Assembly: GCA_964187785.1 (NCBI GenBank)
Contig: OZ076409.1
Span: 81,842,001 to 81,906,000 of the forward strand
Direction: 5' to 3'
Length of the DNA stretch: 64,000 bases
From: Amphiscolops sp. MND2022
Lineage: Eukaryota
The notes below the pieces were generated by a model. The model did not search any database. It was not told the origin of the DNA and saw only the letters and a program-made list of their open reading frames with translations. This document shows, piece after piece, positions 38,225 through 51,519 of this stretch. Position 1 is the stretch's first letter, and every line of letters begins with the position of its first letter. Both the position numbers and the translations under genes were made by a program.

Positions 38225-39038
38225 CCCTAGTCCAAAAAAAATGCGTATCTTGCAAGATTCTTACATTTTTATCTTTAAAGAAAATGCATTTTTCTTCAAG
38301 ACATCTTGCAAGAATCTTGCAAGATAAACATTTTTTCAATGATAATCTTGCAAGATATACATTTTCTCGAAGAATCTTGAAAGAATTGAATTTTCAAATC
38401 AAAAGTATTCATGGAATTAAGGGATTCGATTTATAAAGACACTCTCCATTACAGCCAGAGTCTCACTTCTAAAATTGTGAAGGATACAAAAATGCAAACT
38501 CTAGAAAAAATAAAACTCTAGAAGTGTGATTTTAGTAATGCGCCCTGAAAGCCAAATTTTTGCAAAAAAAACTGACATTTGAAACTCAGTTTTGATGAAG
38601 TACATTGGAAAACAAATGACCCTCTATCACGTACACGATGGAGACTTCGAAATCAAGCCGAACGAACCTAAATTGATGATAGGCGTACATTTTTTGGAAA
38701 AAAACGCAAAAACAAGAGAAAAATAATCTTTTTTCGACAATTGGTGAAGCTGTTGACTACGTTATCATAACTCATTTGTTGTCTTGCAAGATTTGCATTG
38801 TCTTGCAAGATTCTTGCAAGACTGGTATTCTAGTTTATCATCTTGCAAGATTTGCATTGTCAGATATTTGCAGCAAAATGTTTTTCTTTCAAGAATCTTG
38901 TAAGATATCTTGTAAGATTTGCATACTTCTGAAAAATCTTGCAAGATTTGAATTTAGGTCCACAATCTTGCAAGATAGCCATCAAATGCAAGATATTGGC
39001 AAGAATCTTTAAAGATTTGCATTTAACTTCATCCAGGG
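38225..39038. mobile_element. MITE-like element with CCCT...AGGG ends and subterminal TCTTGCAAGA palindrome arrays
   Basis: Many TCTTGCAAGA motifs clustered at both ends; imperfect terminal inverted repeats. Confidence 0.55.
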
Positions 39039-39774
39039 TTATTTCAAGACGAATGAGTTAGTTCAAAAAAGTTTAAGATAGAAAACATATGGAAAAGTTT
39101 GGGACAGTTCATGAGTATCATCCGATGGAATATCTTGGGCAAGTTTGACGACCACGAAAATTAAACCCTACCTCGAATCCATGGAATAAAATAGGTTCAA
39201 AAAAGAATAACTAGAAACCTAATGATCAATAGAAGAAATGTAAAAACCCGGTTATTCTTCCGTACAAAAATAGTCTGCCATCATAAACACTGTGTAATCC
39301 TAGGCTGGTCACACACGATTAAAGTTAAAGAATGACATAGTTTGGGCCATATTTCGTACAGTTATTACGGCAAGCGTAACGTAATCAGTTAAGGCTCGAA
39401 ATTAGGATTTTGAAAAAAGTTTGAAAATTAAGAAAATCGCCTTGTAATATCAGGACTACTGACACGTAGGTACCCTAGTTGAAACTGCAGAAACTTTTCC
39501 CATGCTGCAGGCCTGCAAGAAGGGTCATTTTTTAAAAAAACCTAGAAAATTCAGTGAACTTCGGGTGGCAAATCATGTACAAGCAATTTCCCCTACTGCA
39601 ATAAGTTTGAAAAAAATATTCCCACTTCATTACCGACACGGTCACTTTGTATTTACACATGTTTTCTCAACTACTCGTTTGACATGATCACCGCTTCTCC
39701 GAAAGGTGAAGTTTGCAGTTTAATACGCGACTTTTATTTTGCTTTAAATTAGCGGCAAAACTAACAGCAACTTA

Positions 39775-41069
39775 CAGTGCTGTGATAAAGAAATGGAACA
39801 TAAGGCTGTGATAAAGAAATGGGACTTTCCAATTTTCCTCTATTGTTGCCTAAATAAACAAGGTATCGAGGGTTTATGTGACATTGCCTCCTCTCGTTGT
39901 TTAATTTAATAGACGTTGATCATCATTTAGTTAACAAATGCCTCAAACCTCAGTGAATCAACGATTTCTTGTTGTTTGTCATTGCAACGATGGAAAATCA
40001 GTTAATTTTATCTCAAAATCTATCGAAATTCCAAGAACAACCATATATAACATAATACAACGATTCAACAAGGACCCAACAACCCTTGAAAATCGACCGA
40101 AAACCGGAAGACCTCAAAACTTGGACAAGTTTGAGCAGAAAATAAATATTAGAAAGTGTTTGGCCCAGTCACAATTGATCTCTACTCAACTTTTGGCGTC
40201 CCTAGAAATATCACAGAACGTTTCCACAGGTTACGTCCGGAAGCTGTTATTGAGAAACGGATAACATGCAAAAGTTTGCACTTCAAAACCGTTTCTTTCC
40301 AGAGCCAATCGACTTAAACGATATGTTTGGGCGAAGGATATGTCACAAAAATCCGACCATTTTTGGAAAAATGTGCTGTTCTCGGACGAAACACTGTTCT
40401 AGTTGTTCCCAAAACGGAGGAACATTGTCCGTCTACCCAAACAGAGTAGAAGTCAGCAAAAATATGTTTGTCAACACGCTAAATCCGTGGAAAAAAATGA
40501 TGTCTTGGGGTTTTATCAAAGAATCAGGTGAAAGAAAGTTGATAAAAGTGGAGAATTGTGTCAACTCGAGTGTTTACACCAACATTTTGGACTCTCATTT
40601 GCGTCCTCATGTGCATCTGGGAGAAGTTTTGCAGCAAGACAATGCTCCAGCCCATAAATCGGCAGAAACTTCCACATGGTTTCCCGAAAACGGTGTCGAC
40701 GTTCTTAAAAACTGGCACCCAAACTCGCCAGATCTCAATATTATCGAAAATATGTGTCTGTCCTAAAATGCGGAGTTGCGAAGAGACACCCAAAAAATTT
40801 GGAGGACTTGGAAACTTTTGCTCTTGAAGAATTTCTAGCAAATCCTGACGGATATGTGCAAAAACCTAAAACTTTAAAGTCGATAAAAAACGGTTGATTC
40901 TTAATAAAATTAACTGGGGGAGGTTTCACCCGATATTAAAAGCTTCAGTGTTTTACCTAGTTTTATAATATTATTTCAATATTTAAATGTGGTTATTCAA
41001 TTGAATGTTTTTAATTCAGTCCCATTTGTTTTTCACAGCCCTATGTTCTATTGCTTTATCACAGTACTT
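39775..41069 (+). mobile_element. Tc1-family DNA transposon (about 1.3 kb), decayed
   Basis: TA-flanked TIRs of about 52 bp starting CAGTGCTGTGATAAAG, each with two internal direct repeats; encodes transposase fragments. Confidence 0.92.
39938..40939 (+). pseudogene. Tc1-like transposase, frameshifted (D35E spacing in this copy)
   Basis: HTH plus GRP, VLFSDE, QQDNAPAH and SPDLNIIE motifs; 35 residues counted between the second D and the E. Confidence 0.9.
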
Positions 41070-41361
41070 TATTTGCTTTTAATTTTATAGCTGTTTGAGG
41101 TATATCTATGAATTTAACACCAATTTGGCACAATGGGACAGGGCAGATCATGAAAGAAGGAGCAACAAAAACTAAAGCGAACTCTGCTTTGGAAGCCCCT
41201 GGAATTTCTTGATAAGAACCTTGCATTTTCGTGAAATCCTTGGTAAGAATCTTGGAATTGTTCTTATCAAGAGTGCCGAGAGTATTATAAGAGCGTGAAC
41301 GATCTTCGCAAGAGTTTCAAAAGACTTTACGTGTCTGTCTTTTTTATTCACGTCTGGCAAT

Positions 41362-41918
41362 CGTACGGCGACAACTCATATCAAGCGACAACTCATATCA
41401 GGCGACAACTCATATCATTTTGAAAACGCGACAACTCATATCAAGCGACAACTCATATCAATCAAAACTCATATCAGAAAATCAAAATCTACATAGGAAA
41501 ATTTAATGTAAATAATTGAGTAGATAATTAGAGAAAGTTACTTAATTGATGATCAATTTTTAGAAATAATGAAATAGTAACAACATTTTATGGTAAATAT
41601 CAGCGTCATGGAAAATCGCTCTTTTATCACATCTTCATTCAAAAGGGTTGCAGAGAAAATAATCTTGAGCATAGCGAATAAAATGGAAAATAAATCCAAT
41701 TATTCTTTGTAATTTCTAATTGTAGTTAAATATAAATTAATACAATTAGGTTTTATTATAATTTAGTTATTTGTAACCTATAGACAAACCTGATATGAGT
41801 TGTCACTTTTTCCTAATTGATATGAGTTATCGCTTGATATGAGTTGTAGCTTTTTCCAAATTGATATCAGTTGTCGCCTGAAATGAGTTGTCGCTTGATA
41901 TGAATTGTCGCTATGCCG
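41362..41918. mobile_element. Foldback/MULE-like MITE with modular GCGACAACTCATATCA TIRs (copy 1)
   Basis: 17-bp repeats inverted at the two ends; flanking direct repeat (CG)TCTGGCAAT of 9-11 bp. Confidence 0.8.
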
Positions 41919-42747
41919 TCTGGCAATACATCTGCAGGTGGGGTGAAATGAATGAGGGCTCAAATGAAGATGGGATGAAATGAACAGAGAAACAGACCAG
42001 ACTAATTCGAATCTTATCATAACTTTCAAGAGTTAATTGGAATATGTAAAAATATGCAAAGTCTTGGCAAGAGTTCCAAGATATTTTGCACTGGGTAAGC
42101 TCTTCTCCTTTGGTGAAGTACAAACCTAACCAAAAATATGTGTCTGTCCTAAAAGGCGGAGTTGCGAAGAGACACCCAAAAAATTTGGAGGACTTGGAAA
42201 CTTTTGCTCTTGAAGAATTTCAAGCAACTCCTGACGGATATGTGCAAAAACTTAAAACTTTAAAGTCGATAAAAAACGGTTGATTCCTAATAATATTAAC
42301 TGGGGGAGGTTTCACCCGATATTAAAAGCTTCAATGTTTTACCTAGTTTTATAATATTATTTCAATATTTAAATGTGGTTATTCAATTGAATGTTTTTAA
42401 TTCAGTCCCATTTGTTTTTCACAGCCCTATGTTCTATTGCTTTATCACAGTACTTTATTTGCTTTTAAAATTATAGCTGTTTGAGGTATATCTATGAATT
42501 TAACACCAATTTGGCACAATGGGACAGGGCAGATCATGAAAGAAGGAGCAACAAAAACTAAAGCGAACTCTGCTTTGGAAGCCCCTGGTATTTCTTGATA
42601 AGAACCTTGCATTTTCGTGAAATCCTTGGTAAGAATCTTGGAATTATTCTTATCAAGAGTGCCGAGAGTATTATAAGAGCGTGAACGATCTTCGCAAGAG
42701 TTTCAAAAGACTTTACGTGTCTGTCTTTTTTATTCACGTCTGGCAAT

Positions 42748-43304
42748 CGTACGGCGACAACTCATATCAAGCGACAACTCATATCAGGCGACAACTCATA
42801 TCATTTTGAAAACGCGACAACTCATATCAAGCGACAACTCATATCAATCAAAACTCATATCAGAAAATCAAAATCTACATAGGAAAATTTAATGTAAATA
42901 ATTGAGTAGATAATTAGAGAAAGTTACTTAACTGATGATCAATTTTTAGAAATAATGAAATAGTAACAACATTTTATGGTAAATATCAGCGTCATGGAAA
43001 ATCGCTCTTTTATCACATCTTTATTCAAAAGGGTTGCAGAGAAAATAATCTTGAGCACAGCGAATAAAATGGAAAATAAATCCAATTATTCTTTGTAATT
43101 TCTAATTGTAGTTAAATATAAATTATTACAATTAGGTTTTATTACAATTTAGTTATTTGTAACCTATAGACAAACCTGATATGAGTTGTCACTTTTTCCT
43201 AATTGATATGAGTTATCACTTGATATGAGTTGTAGCTTTTTCCAAATTGATATCAGTTGTCGCCTGAAATGAGTTGTCGCTTGATATGAGTTGTCGCTAT
43301 GCCG
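42748..43304. mobile_element. Same MITE (copy 2, created by the tandem duplication)
   Basis: Same structure and same flanking repeat, offset by 1386. Confidence 0.8.
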
Positions 43305-45061
43305 TCTGGCAATACATCTGAAGGTGGGGTGAAATGAATGAGGGCTCAAATGAAGATGGGATGAAATGAACAGAGAAACAGACCAGACTAATTCGAATCT
43401 TATCATAACTTTCAAGAGTTAATTGGAATATGTAAAAATATGCAAAGTCTTGGCAAGAGTTCCAAGATATTTTGCACTGGGTAAGCTCTTCTCCTTTGGT
43501 GAAGTACAAATCTAACCAAAAAAACTTGAGTGTACCTTTCCTTAAAAATTGCGTATTCTGATTTCACAGATAACATGCTGAATAGAACCAGTGTTGATTG
43601 CTATGTGGTTGCAAAAATGAAGGAATAGCTGACAAGATGAAAGCTTGTTTAGGAAAAGCAATCAAGCGAAGCGAGGCTTTTGTTAGAAATTATTGATCTC
43701 AGTTAGATCAAATTAGCAGAGCAACGTTCTCTTTGTAGCTTCTAATGACCGTGTGTGTAACCTTTGCCGAGGTACATAAAAGCATTCATTTGGGACCGGT
43801 GCAAATTGAAAAAAAAAACAAATTTTCTGGAGTGAAAATTAAAAGACAAGCTACAGAAAAGTTTTCAAAAAAAGTTTCGGGTATTTTCAGCAATTTGGGC
43901 ACAAATGTGCTGAAAAAATTTTTGTAACATCTTAACTAAAATGATAAATGGGTCCCAATTTAAACAAGAAAATATCATCAGCTGATAACAAATGCTGCTA
44001 TTTTTACGACTTCATTTGCCATTTTTAGCATTACGTGATTACAAAACTACATCATTTTCATAAGGTGTTAATGCAAAAATGAGCTACGTCTTGCTTGTAT
44101 ACACTGCATTGACGATAAAAAGCGATTTAGCTCATTCCAGAAAGTCGATGATTTAAATCAAATCTAATGATCGAAATTTTGCAAGAAATCAGGTTCTTTG
44201 GCAGAGGAAACATAATTTTTGTTGTTATTTTTTGAGGGTTTCTGTGCAAGGAACCCGGCTGGTTCTTTTATGGCATTTTGATTGAAACAAGTCTTGAACA
44301 GATTAGATGAGCGCCCCCAAAGCAAGAAGCCGGCAGACATATTGTTAGGAGAGGATCAATTTTCAATACGTTTGAGATTGCAATGAAGGACAAAAGTGTC
44401 CACACTATCGTGTTTCTTGATATTTCCACAATTAAATTAATGGGCCAACTGTCAACGACAAATCCATCACAGTAATCAATAAATCAAAATTACATTCTAT
44501 TAGGTTGGTTCCGTGCATGAAATCATAAACCCGATTTTCTAAAATAATTGAGCATGGGTTTTTGGGTAGATGCTATGGTAGATGCTATGGAGGAAAATGG
44601 AGGAAATGCTATGTTTTTTTGTTTGGAAATATAAATTTACACGGATTCGTTTAACAAAAGGGCTTTAGGGAGCCACGTGTTTATGCAGAGCCTTCATAAA
44701 AGCACTGGAAACTATTTGGAATTTTGCTAGAAAATCTTTTTCGTGAAAACAATTTGACAAGGACAATTTCAAGTTACTCAGGAAAGCTAATACATGTCCA
44801 AGGTTCATTTTTCTTTGGAAAGAAAGGACTTATTTGATGAAACTAAATCAATTTCGGAGCTTCAAATAGTCCAAAATTAGAATATATGTCTTGGCAGAAT
44901 AGCAGAAATGATAAATATGGATCTCAGATGAAAAACTCAACAAGAGTTATCTGGTCACCCATTCAACACATTTTGTCGTATTCACGTTTTCACAAAGAGT
45001 AAAAAAAAACAGAAAAAGATGGGATTCGATCTTTAACACTTACATAATTTAGCAGACTAAC

Positions 45062-45257
45062 CACTGAATGTTCTGTTGTTGAGTTCTGGGTCGTTGTAGT
45101 AGTAGCTCTCGACCGCGAACTGCGTGAGTGTGAAGAGAGAACTGTTCTTGAAGAATCTCAAGTCGGCTGCGTTCACCTCACCGTCTTCGCTGCGACTGCT
45201 CTGGATGTCAATTTCGTCCATCGAGTGGGCCCACGACCCCACGTCAAAGTTGCACTC
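45062..45257 (-). CDS. Internal exon of a host Cys-loop ligand-gated ion channel (nAChR-like) subunit
   Basis: tttag|ECNFDVGSWAHSMDEIDI...NRTFS|gttagt. Matches the second Cys-loop cysteine plus loop B (CxxxxGSWxY..ID). GC-rich codon usage stands out from the flanks. Confidence 0.75.
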
Positions 45258-46365
45258 CTAAACACCGAGAACAAGTTAATTTTTCGAAAAAAGATATGAG
45301 CTGAACATGGGTTGAAAACATTCCTCCTTTGTGAATATCTTGGGGAAAATTACCGCAAGATCGTTTAAATTTCTGCTGAACTTCTTGAGAAATCTTCGAG
45401 CATAGTGGGTTGTTTAAAAGTTCGTGGAAAATTTATTCACTCCAGAAATTCTTGTCCAAAGAAAAGATTGTCTTCATGATGTTCATCATTTCTAGTTTCC
45501 ACGATGTTCTATATATGAAAAGAAACATTTATTTAGCAAAGCATTCTTTTATACAGATGGCACAGCCGATTGAAAATTTTGGCGATTGTGTCACGCTCTG
45601 TTACCCAGTTGGATGGAATACAGCAAACTGGATTCAAATGTAGTCAACGCAAACATTTTGTGACCCAAATGGTTAGATACACACTCGCGGTACCTGTCGG
45701 TAGTTCAAGTCTGTCTTCCAAAGTAGTTCACAAAGGGTATTTTTTGGGAAATTTTCTGAAACATTTTTTGAAGTGGCTAATTTTTCTCTACAGATGACCC
45801 TGAACCGTCCAATTTCATATAAATTCTAAAATAAAAAACTATATAACACTGAAAACTGCTAGTTGGAGCGCGTTATCTAGGAAGTAACCTGAGGATTCGA
45901 CTCGAACCTACGCCAAAGTTTTCATCTTATCAATTTTTTCCGTTTTTCCGACAAACTTTTTTGTAACCTCCGCATATTATCTAGAAAGCATCAGAAGTAT
46001 CCCCTCTTTGTTCATCCGAGTCTTCTAGTTTGTAAAAGAAACAGGAAACTTTTTTCAGCCTTGAGACCTTTGTTCAAATAATTGTACCACCAAGTGACAC
46101 TGCGAAACTTTTCGTAGTCTGTAACAACAAAAAATGCCCAAAGCGGGACCTACCAGGGTACAAAGAGACATTTTCTTGATCGAAAAAATCACAAAAACCC
46201 GGATTTATAGCTTTTACCGATTAATTTTTGAAAATAACCGCGGATTGCAGAAATCACTTGAAAGTGTGACCCGTTCGGCTCGAAAACGCTTTTTAAGAAC
46301 TGAGAACATTTCTGGAGAAGCGAAGCAACGAACGTCCAGTTTCGAGAAAAAATGTAACGGCATCC

Positions 46366-47098
46366 TGTAACGTCAGGCAAGGGACGTTACAGAAGTTTTT
46401 GAAAATTTCGATCAAAAATTCGAAATGTGCGGTATCAAACAAGCACATTCAAGATGGCCGACCCGGCAGGTACGAAAACCGTAGAGGAAGCAAAATAAAG
46501 GCAAAAGCACCCCCACCTCCACCCAGGAACGTGAATATCCGGCATGTCATCACCCAGAAGGCGAGAGAATCAGGAATCGTGCCATTTGACAGCAAAAAGA
46601 CAGGGTTTCGGCAGAAAAATGTCAAATGAGACCATTGTGCCCCGAAGATGAGGAATGATGCCAGAGGCTAGACGGATGACCAACCCTGAACTGTAATGTT
46701 ATTGGGGCTTATCCACGTGTTTTATAACCGTTTACAGAGTATTTGGATGATGTTTAACCTAGTAGGTCTCAATTTTAGTCCTTATAACCCAAATATAATG
46801 TATTTCAGTTAGATACCTTTTTTGGACCTCGGAAGTATGTAGGAGTCACGGGAACACGCTAGAAAACTTAGGATTCGTTTTTACAGGCATGTGGGGCGTG
46901 TCCGGACTTTGAGAGTGCCGGCACGTTGCCTCGGAGCTCTAACTAGAGGAGCCTCCTTAGACGAAAGAAAAGTCCCCTAGGAGACCATTTTGGGAATAAA
47001 AGCTAGTGTTTAGGGATGTAGTAAGACAACGGTCTCCTGTTTAAGCACCTTAGGCATTTTCCCTCTTCCTAGATGTGCGCCGCTAGTTGGACGTTACA
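46366..47098. mobile_element. TGTAAC...GTTACA-bounded repeat (solo LTR or non-autonomous TIR element), copy 1
   Basis: 9-bp perfect inverted termini TGTAACGTC/GACGTTACA; flanked by TCC on both sides; homologous to 48411..49391. Confidence 0.65.
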
Positions 47099-47382
47099 TC
47101 CTCTGATACACCAAAATCAGTAGGAACGTTCAGAAATTTGGCGAAAAAATTTAATCCGATTTTTGACGTGGCATTAGGCAAGTGATTGCTCTTTTCGCTG
47201 TCTCCGCCATTGTCAATGCACAACGAGGAACGAGCTCGTAGAGGCTGTGACAACAGCTAGAGAGACTTTTTTGAGGTGCGAACAACCGGTTTTTATTCTT
47301 CTGCTTTATGCTACATCAAGTGGCGAAAAACGGAAAAAGGAGTCTTTGCGCCCGGAGATCATTGTTTGAAACTTGGAGCCCC

Positions 47383-47452
47383 TGCGCCCAGCTTGTAGTT
47401 GTGTTGTCTGCGCCCAGCTTGTAGTTGTGTTGTCTGCGCCCAGCTTGTAGTT
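47383..47452. repeat. 26-bp tandem repeat, about 2.7 copies
   Basis: TGCGCCCAGCTTGTAGTTGTGTTGTC units. Confidence 0.85.
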
Positions 47453-48410
47453 TGATGTGTTATTTTGATGTATTTTCTCTGCTATTAGCCGTATTTTCCC
47501 GTTCGAGAGCTAGTTTACGATTTTAGACGTCATTCCGATGTCCCCCTGGAAATGGAAAACTAGTCCCCCTAAGTCTTGGCATTGTTTTATTGTCTATACA
47601 AACGGTCGTCTTCAGGGAATCAGGAAGGAGGCCGATACTATTAGCAATCAAAGAGTAGGACCGGTTGGACGGTATTCCTTGAAACACCCACAGCATCAGG
47701 ACGTATTTCACCCTGGAGTCAAAATGAATCTGTGGCGATGGGCGCCTCTCCCGAGTGATGCACCGTTTCTGCAAGTTTCTCCACCTCTTTTAACATGTTC
47801 AGCGACCTATCACTGCTTTACTGCTTGCCGTTACAAAGTTCATAAAAAATCGCACAGCGCCTGAAAAATCTGTAGGTGGTTTGCATGAATATTGAAAAAA
47901 CCCGAAGGACCCACACATAACAAAAAAGGTCGCCTTTAAAACTCAGAAAACCTCTAATAACAAACAATTGAGTGAAAAAAAATCAGCAAAATCTTCAGTA
48001 AGTCGCACAGTACCGGAAAATTCTATTGATCTCTAAGCTTTCCGAACGCTTTTTTGCTATGAAATCAAAGGCTGGGGCCCATTGTTTTCAAACATATTCA
48101 GAAAAACAGTAGCAAAGTGCTGAATAACCCAACGTGGGGACCTTTTGGTCACCCTTCTAAATTTCAGAGCATAAAAAAGTACGGACCACTGTGGGACTCG
48201 AACCCACGTACAGGAAGAGAAACTCACTCAATTAAATGAGAAATCCGCGTTAGGCTCGAGACCAAGTGGAAAATGCATTCCATCAGCGTTTCCAACCTCT
48301 CCAACTGAGGTTCGTCATTTGTTAAGAGCAGATTTGAAGGTCATTGCCATTCTTGATCTGCGAGCAGGACGTTTTTCGGATGAGTATATGACAAATGCAT
48401 TTTAACTTTG

Positions 48411-49391
48411 TGTAACGTCCGGCACCAACGAAACAAATTTCGATGAAAAATTCGAAAATGTGCGACTATGTACAAAATCAAAATGTCCGACCTAGCAGGA
48501 ACGTAAAAACAGGTGGTAAGACAAAACAAGACGCCCGATAAGCCCCTGGATATTTTCCGCGACACGCTTATTGTAAAAAAAGTATGGCGAAGGAGAGGAT
48601 CGAGCCCACGACCTAGTGGTTGGGAAGCACAAAAAAAATTCAAGCACCCGCCCGGGTTCGAACTCGCGACCTAGTGGCTGGGCAAGCAATAAGTGAAGTG
48701 CACTTCACCCAATGGAGTGGAGATAAAGTGGAGTTTTGGCAGAATTTGTTAAGAAACGCGTCACAGATCATGATTTTCCTCCCCCATTTATGTGGGCGGA
48801 AAATAAAAAAGACACAGAGACCCAGAGAACCAAAAGGACACCCCCAGAGACAAGAAGAGAGACGTCGGAGAAGAAAAAAGCATTGTGTTGTGCCATCTGA
48901 GCCTGAGAAATGCCTAGAAAAACCCAAAAGTGATTTGCAACCCGACAATGGTTTTCTCCAAGAACCTCGAAGATTAGATGAGAATGATATCAAACAAGCT
49001 GATTGTGGTTAATTTGATGTTTGTTAATGTTTATTAGCAGCTTTATGATGGTTCAAGATCTACTAGATCCGTGTTGTATCCATTTTAGATAAAATTCTGC
49101 GAATTGATGTACTTTAGCTAGCTACCTGTTTTGGACCTCGGGAGTATGTAGGAAGTCGCAGGAACCTTAGGATACGTTTTTACAGGTTTGTGGGACGTGT
49201 CCGGAGTTTTAGTGCGCCGGCATGTCGCCACGGAGCTCTAATTTGAGGAGTCTCCTCAGACGTATGGAAAAGTCGCCTGAGACCTTTAGGGACTAAAAAC
49301 TACTGTTTGGGCTAGCTATAGGACTATGGTCTCCTAGACAACCTAACCATTGTCCCAGTTCTAGTATGTGCGTCACTAGCTTTATGTTACA
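48411..49391. mobile_element. TGTAAC...GTTACA-bounded repeat, copy 2 (diverged; contains two tRNA B-box-like segments)
   Basis: Same start and end regions as copy 1; flanked by TTG on both sides. Confidence 0.65.
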
Positions 49392-49824
49392 TTGAAAAGA
49401 CACTATGTCTTCTCCGTCTTTATTTTTTCAAACAGTATTGGCCTTGTTCCTCTTTGAATAACTCGACACGATGCAACTTTTACTCGGCATTTTGAAATTG
49501 TTGACATTTTTAAGTGGTGATTGATTGGCTTTCGGGAGGTGTTACCGGACGTCTTGTTAGTCAGTACGTTCGAAACAAGAGCAGGCTCTTGTGGGGTCTA
49601 TCCTTTTTTCAGCACACTACCATTCAATTTTCATAAATTTTATGTTCAAAAATTACTAAACTCGGAATTTAAAATGAAATAAACAAACATGTTTATTCAT
49701 AAAAAATGTAGTGTAATTTTTAGTGCTTAATATAAATTAAAATAACTAGAGTATAAGAATTTTTTTGATTTCGAAACAAAAATACCCCTGTAATTCTGAC
49801 CGAAGTTTGAGAACGTTTTGCCCA

Positions 49825-51317
49825 CCCGGGTTGACCCTCTTACTAGCATCTTGGCTGTCTTGGCAAGATCTTGCCAAATTCTTACTACATCTTGGCAGCC
49901 ATGGATCCCATGGCAAGATTCTTACTAAGATCTTACCAAGATGTATCATCATTCCAAGATCGAATCTTACTAAGATCGAAAAAATTCTAAGATTTCAAAA
50001 TTTCGATCAAGGGTGCTCAAAATAGCTACATTTGTATAATAATTCTTTTGCCGGGTCTTTACGCGATTTCTCAGCCTGGACCTTGAGTTCCTGTGTGAAC
50101 TCATTCCTGTGTGAATTCTCTGTGAATCCAAACCTTATTCCAGTGGTTTTAGATCTTACAACAGTGAAATGAGAACCGACCTACAAGGTTTTTTTGGAAA
50201 GTTTTAGGGGTTTTCGGGGTGAAATTGGCTAAAACATCGACATTTCGGGGGACTTTTAGATCTTATTCCAGAGATCTGAGTCCTTTTTCCAAAGATCAGT
50301 GGTTTTAGATCCTAATCCACTAAAATGAGAACCAACGTACACGGCTTTTTGTCCATTTGTTGATTTTTTACGAATGAAATTGGAGAGAATGTCATTTTGG
50401 GGAACTTTAGATCTTATTCCATGTGTTTGGGGAAGTTTAGATCTTATTCCATGAATATTGCTAGGAATCCTAGCAATATTCATGGAATAAGATTTAAATT
50501 CCCCAAAACGACATTCGATGAATTCGGTTCTCAATTCACTGGTGTTAGATCTTATTCCTGTGATTTTAGTCCTTATTCCAGTGGCTTTAGATCTTATTCC
50601 TGTGAAATGGAAACCGACGTAGGAATTTTTTTCAGGGGTTTTCAGTATGAAATTGGAGAAAATATCGTTGTTTTGATGAATTTTAGATCTTCCAGAGGTT
50701 TTAGTCCTTATTCCAATGGTTTTAGATCTTCATCCACTTAAATGAGAACTGAAGTACACGTTTTTTTGTCCATTTATTGATTTCTTATGAATGAAATTGG
50801 AGAAAATGTCTTTTTGGGGAATTTTAGATCATATTCCATGTATAATCTTGTGGCTTCGGTTCTCAATTCAGTGGTTTTAGATGTTATTCCTGTGATTTTT
50901 AGATAAACTCAGTGACTTGTAGATGTTAGATTTTATTTTCGCGATATTAGATAATAATTCAGTTGTTTTTGATGTTTTTCTAATGGTTTAAAAGTGTCTT
51001 GTGATGTATAGTTTTGAGTGAGTTTTGGATTTTCAATAGCTTCTAATTTAAAGTTTTTCTGATCCTTTTTTTCTCAATATTGAGCAGTTCGTAGCAAATT
51101 TTTCTTGCCATCTTGGGCTTCTTAGTAAGATTTTTCTTGCCATCTTGAGTTTCTTATCAAGATTTATCTTGGATACATGCCTGTCTTGGTAAGATCTTAT
51201 CATGGCAAAATGAATACCATGGCAAGATCTTGACAAGATCTTAGCCAAGATTGTAACAAGATCTTGCCAAGATCTTGCCAAGATCTTACTAAGATATCCA
51301 TGGAGGGTCAACCCGGG
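49825..51317. mobile_element. MITE with CCCGGGTTGACCCTC TIRs and CAAGATCTTG arrays, with a nested TTAGATCTTATTCC-repeat insert
   Basis: Perfect 15-bp TIR; a related terminus lies near 36070; internal repeat block about 50060-51000. Confidence 0.75.
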
Positions 51318-51519
51318 CAATGGATTTTTATATCAATTGATTATGTAAAAAGTTATTGCAATTTGAAGTTTTATATAGCGAAATCAAGTGTCCTCAGCCT
51401 TTTGGTACCCCGACGAAACATTGTTGAAAGTTACGAACCGCTTCACTGATTTCTACCTACTTTCATCCCCTTGAAACTTAAGTATTACATGGTTATTGGG
51501 AAAAATTCATTGGTTGTCC

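Larger units (their letters stand above)
40747..43522. repeat. Tandem duplication with a 1386-bp unit (40747-42132 and 42133-43518)
   Basis: Near-identical sequence offset by 1386; AAAA microhomology at the junction. Confidence 0.95.

Noticed and set aside
32028..39700. Short ORFs in AT-rich repeat DNA
   Set aside because: Low-complexity translations within MITE or Helentron-like repeats; no domain or splice support.
41365..41476. Regular GCGACAACTCATATCA repeats as a CRISPR array
   Set aside because: There are no unique spacers, the repeats recur inverted about 400 bp away, and a TSD flanks them. These are MITE TIRs in eukaryotic DNA.
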